DNA from: Sedimentisphaerales bacterium | GTDB taxonomy: Bacteria > Planctomycetota > Phycisphaerae > Sedimentisphaerales > Anaerobacaceae | Assembly (NCBI GenBank): GCA_963708075.1 | Contig: OY970194.1 | Span: forward strand, 384,001 to 448,000 | DNA length: 64,000 nt | Reading direction: 5' to 3' | Part shown: positions 61,874 through 64,000 of the stretch, piece after piece | How the letters are laid out: each line of letters starts with the position of its first letter | How positions within the stretch are numbered: position 1 is the first letter of the stretch | Translations under genes and position numbers: made by a program | The notes under the pieces: model-generated | Database searches by the model: none | Told to the model about the DNA's origin: nothing | Seen by the model: only the letters and a program-made list of their open reading frames with translations

Positions 61874-63593
61874 TCAGAAGGGAAGAAGAGAAGAACGCAG
61901 GACGGTAAGATCTTTGCTTGTCGCATTCCTGACCTCGCACCTTTCCTGCTTCCTGCCTTTTTGCCTTCTTGCGTTCCTGCCGGCAGGGGGCTGTCAGTCA
62001 CATACGGCCGTCTACGAGCCGGCCAAGGCCGAAGAGATTCGCGAGAAGATCTACGACATCAAGCCGCTGGAGCTCAAGAAGGCTGAACCGAATACAGTCT
62101 CACCGACCGACGCCAATGAGCCGCCGGCCACGAAGATGGAATTGTCGCTCGAACAGTGTCGGGCCCTGGCGCTGGAGAACAACCTGCAACTGAAGGCCAG
62201 TCTGATCAGTCCGACTATCGCCGCCGCCCGGCTCAGCGAGGAAGAGGCCGCGTTCGAGTCGGCCTTCTTCGCCAACGCCGATTTCCGTAAGACCGATATA
62301 CCTTCCGGGGGTTCGAGGCAAGTCGGCGACCCCCCCGTTTTCATCCCCATCCTGGCCACCTCCCAGAATGAAAGCACCGCAGTCGATCTTGGTGTCCAGG
62401 TGCCGTTGCGGACCGGCGGTACTGTGACCTTCGACCTTGGCGACAGCCGGAATAAGAATCTGGACATGGACGGACCCTTCAACCCATCTTATGAGAATTC
62501 ACTGTCCGTTTCTGTGAGTCAGCCGCTTCTGCGGAACGCGGGGCAGTGGGCGAATACGTACTCCATCCGGATTGCGGCCTACGACCGCGACATTGTCAGC
62601 GCGAGGACAAAGCTCGATGTCATCACTGTTCTCGCGGCCATCGATCGCGTCTACTGGCGTCTCTACGCCGCCCGCCGGGAGCTGGAAGTGCGCCAGCAGC
62701 AGTATGAGCTCTCGCAGGTCCAACTTGAGCGGGCCCGTCGTCTCGTCGAGGCCGGTCAGCGGCCCCAGGTGGAAATCATCCGCGCTGAATCAGGGGTGGC
62801 CCAGCAATTGGAGGCGATCATCGTGGCAGAGAACACCCTGCGTGACCGCGAGCGGGAGCTCAAGCGGGTCATCAACAAGGCAGGCCTGGGTATTCAGAGT
62901 CCAACGATTGTAGTTCCAGCCAGCAAGCCGGATCCGGTCCGCTATGATCTGGAGCAGGCAAGGCTTACCCGGCAGGCCCTGGATTCCCGCATGGAATTGC
63001 TCGAATTGCAATTGCAGCTCCTCCAGGATGCCAGCACCGTGGATCTCGCACGCAACCAGACACTTCCCGCGGCTACCCTCGACTACTCATACATTATCGG
63101 CGGAACCGGCGAAGCGCGCGATGAATCATTCGACATGCTTTTCAGCAGTGACTTCGTCAACCACCGCCTGGGCCTGCAGATGCTCGTTCCCCTCGGCAAC
63201 CAGGCGGCCAAGAGCAGGCTGCGGCAGGCGATCTATCAGCGCCGTCAACGGCTCACCACGCGGTCCGACCGTGAGGAACTGATCAAACTGGAGGTCCTCA
63301 ACGCCATTGACCAGGTCGAGGCCAACTGGCAGCGGATTCTGGCCGCCCGGCAGAACACGATCGTGAACGCCCGGCTGTATGAGGCCGAGAAGCGGGAGTT
63401 CGAGGTGGGCATGAGCACCAGCACGAATGTGCTCGATGCTCAATTCAATTTCGCCAACGCCCAGACCTCTGAGATTCGGGCACTGGCGGATTACCAGATC
63501 TCGCTCGTGGACCTGGCCTACGCCACCGGCACGGTCCTCGGCGCCGCCAGGATTCAGTGGGAGCCCATCGTCCCCGAAGCAGGGGTCGATTGA
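61866..63593 (+). CDS. TolC family outer membrane lipoprotein
   Basis: Lipobox 'AGGC', 'LSLEQC..LALENN', 'SVSQPLLRN', 'YW.LY.AR', 'VLDAQ'. Confidence 0.9.
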   Translation: MNSQKGRREERRTVRSLLVAFLTSHLSCFLPFCLLAFLPAGGCQSHTAVYEPAKAEEIREKIYDIKPLELKKAEPNTVSPTDANEPPATKMELSLEQCRALALENNLQLKASLISPTIAAARLSEEEAAFESAFFANADFRKTDIPSGGSRQVGDPPVFIPILATSQNESTAVDLGVQVPLRTGGTVTFDLGDSRNKNLDMDGPFNPSYENSLSVSVSQPLLRNAGQWANTYSIRIAAYDRDIVSARTKLDVITVLAAIDRVYWRLYAARRELEVRQQQYELSQVQLERARRLVEAGQRPQVEIIRAESGVAQQLEAIIVAENTLRDRERELKRVINKAGLGIQSPTIVVPASKPDPVRYDLEQARLTRQALDSRMELLELQLQLLQDASTVDLARNQTLPAATLDYSYIIGGTGEARDESFDMLFSSDFVNHRLGLQMLVPLGNQAAKSRLRQAIYQRRQRLTTRSDREELIKLEVLNAIDQVEANWQRILAARQNTIVNARLYEAEKREFEVGMSTSTNVLDAQFNFANAQTSEIRALADYQISLVDLAYATGTVLGAARIQWEPIVPEAGVD

Positions 63594-63892
63594 TCCTCGC
63601 CCGTGAACTCGACGCCATCGATGCCCGCGTCCGGCACTGTACAAGCATTTCCTCACTGCGCCCGGCAAGAAGTGTACTATCCGCGTCCCGGATTCAAGAA
63701 CGCCGATTCCGCAAGAGCGAGGCACAGACTCCGGCCCACCAGACGCCGAAAACGCCCCTCTTAACCTCGACTTGGCACCCATTCAGGACCGATGGCCGAA
63801 GCTGCCGGAGCACATTCGGCAAACCGTCTTGACCCTGGTCCGGGCACAAGGGCAGGACTGACGGGAACTGAGGCCGGTGAAGATGCCAAAAC

Positions 63893-63924
63893 AAAAAGGG
63901 CTGCAAACTGAAACTTGCAGCCCT
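63893..63924 (-). terminator. intrinsic terminator on the minus strand
   Basis: Minus strand AGGGCTGCAA-GTTTCAGT-TTGCAGCCCT-TTTT. Confidence 0.8.
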
Positions 63925-64000
63925 CACGATACTTCACTGCAGAGTCGGACCTACAACACTCTGCGTCTGCGCAGATGACCCAGGAGACCCATCCCCAGGG

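Overview
High-GC bacterial chromosome segment. The gene content suggests an anaerobic Planctomycetota (Phycisphaerae/Sedimentisphaerales-like); this is an inference from Tat-exported Gfo/Idh/MocA enzymes, LTD-CotH, GLUG and dockerin-tailed proteins, and BlaI/BlaR1 pairs. Housekeeping genes: PPIase, acpS, mnmG, hisA, mdh. Other loci: a radical SAM protein, two tandem BlaI/BlaR1(M56) regulatory cassettes with beta-propeller sensor domains, a secreted nucleoside hydrolase with ribokinase and a ribose-type ABC transporter, a GH29 fucosidase, a HEPN/MNT pair and a MacAB-TolC-type exporter. An accessory zone at about 31-38 kb holds an IS4-type element, a lower-GC SIR2-like locus and toxin-antitoxin debris. 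The non-coding DNA is rich in small repeats: several REP-like palindrome families, 7/8/9-mer tandem repeats, and a 155-bp ISAs1-type MITE with a 10-bp target duplication. The most unusual structure is an array of 11 co-oriented ~19-nt repeats (AATTGGCTTTGTTTCGCAC) with unique spacers at 31134-31925, downstream of a near-consensus sigma70 promoter and with no cas gene in the window. Some repeat families also occur in frame inside proteins (HisA, radical SAM, TolC signal peptide). About a dozen single-base frameshifts across otherwise intact genes most likely reflect long-read consensus errors. No rRNA, tRNA or canonical CRISPR array was recognised.
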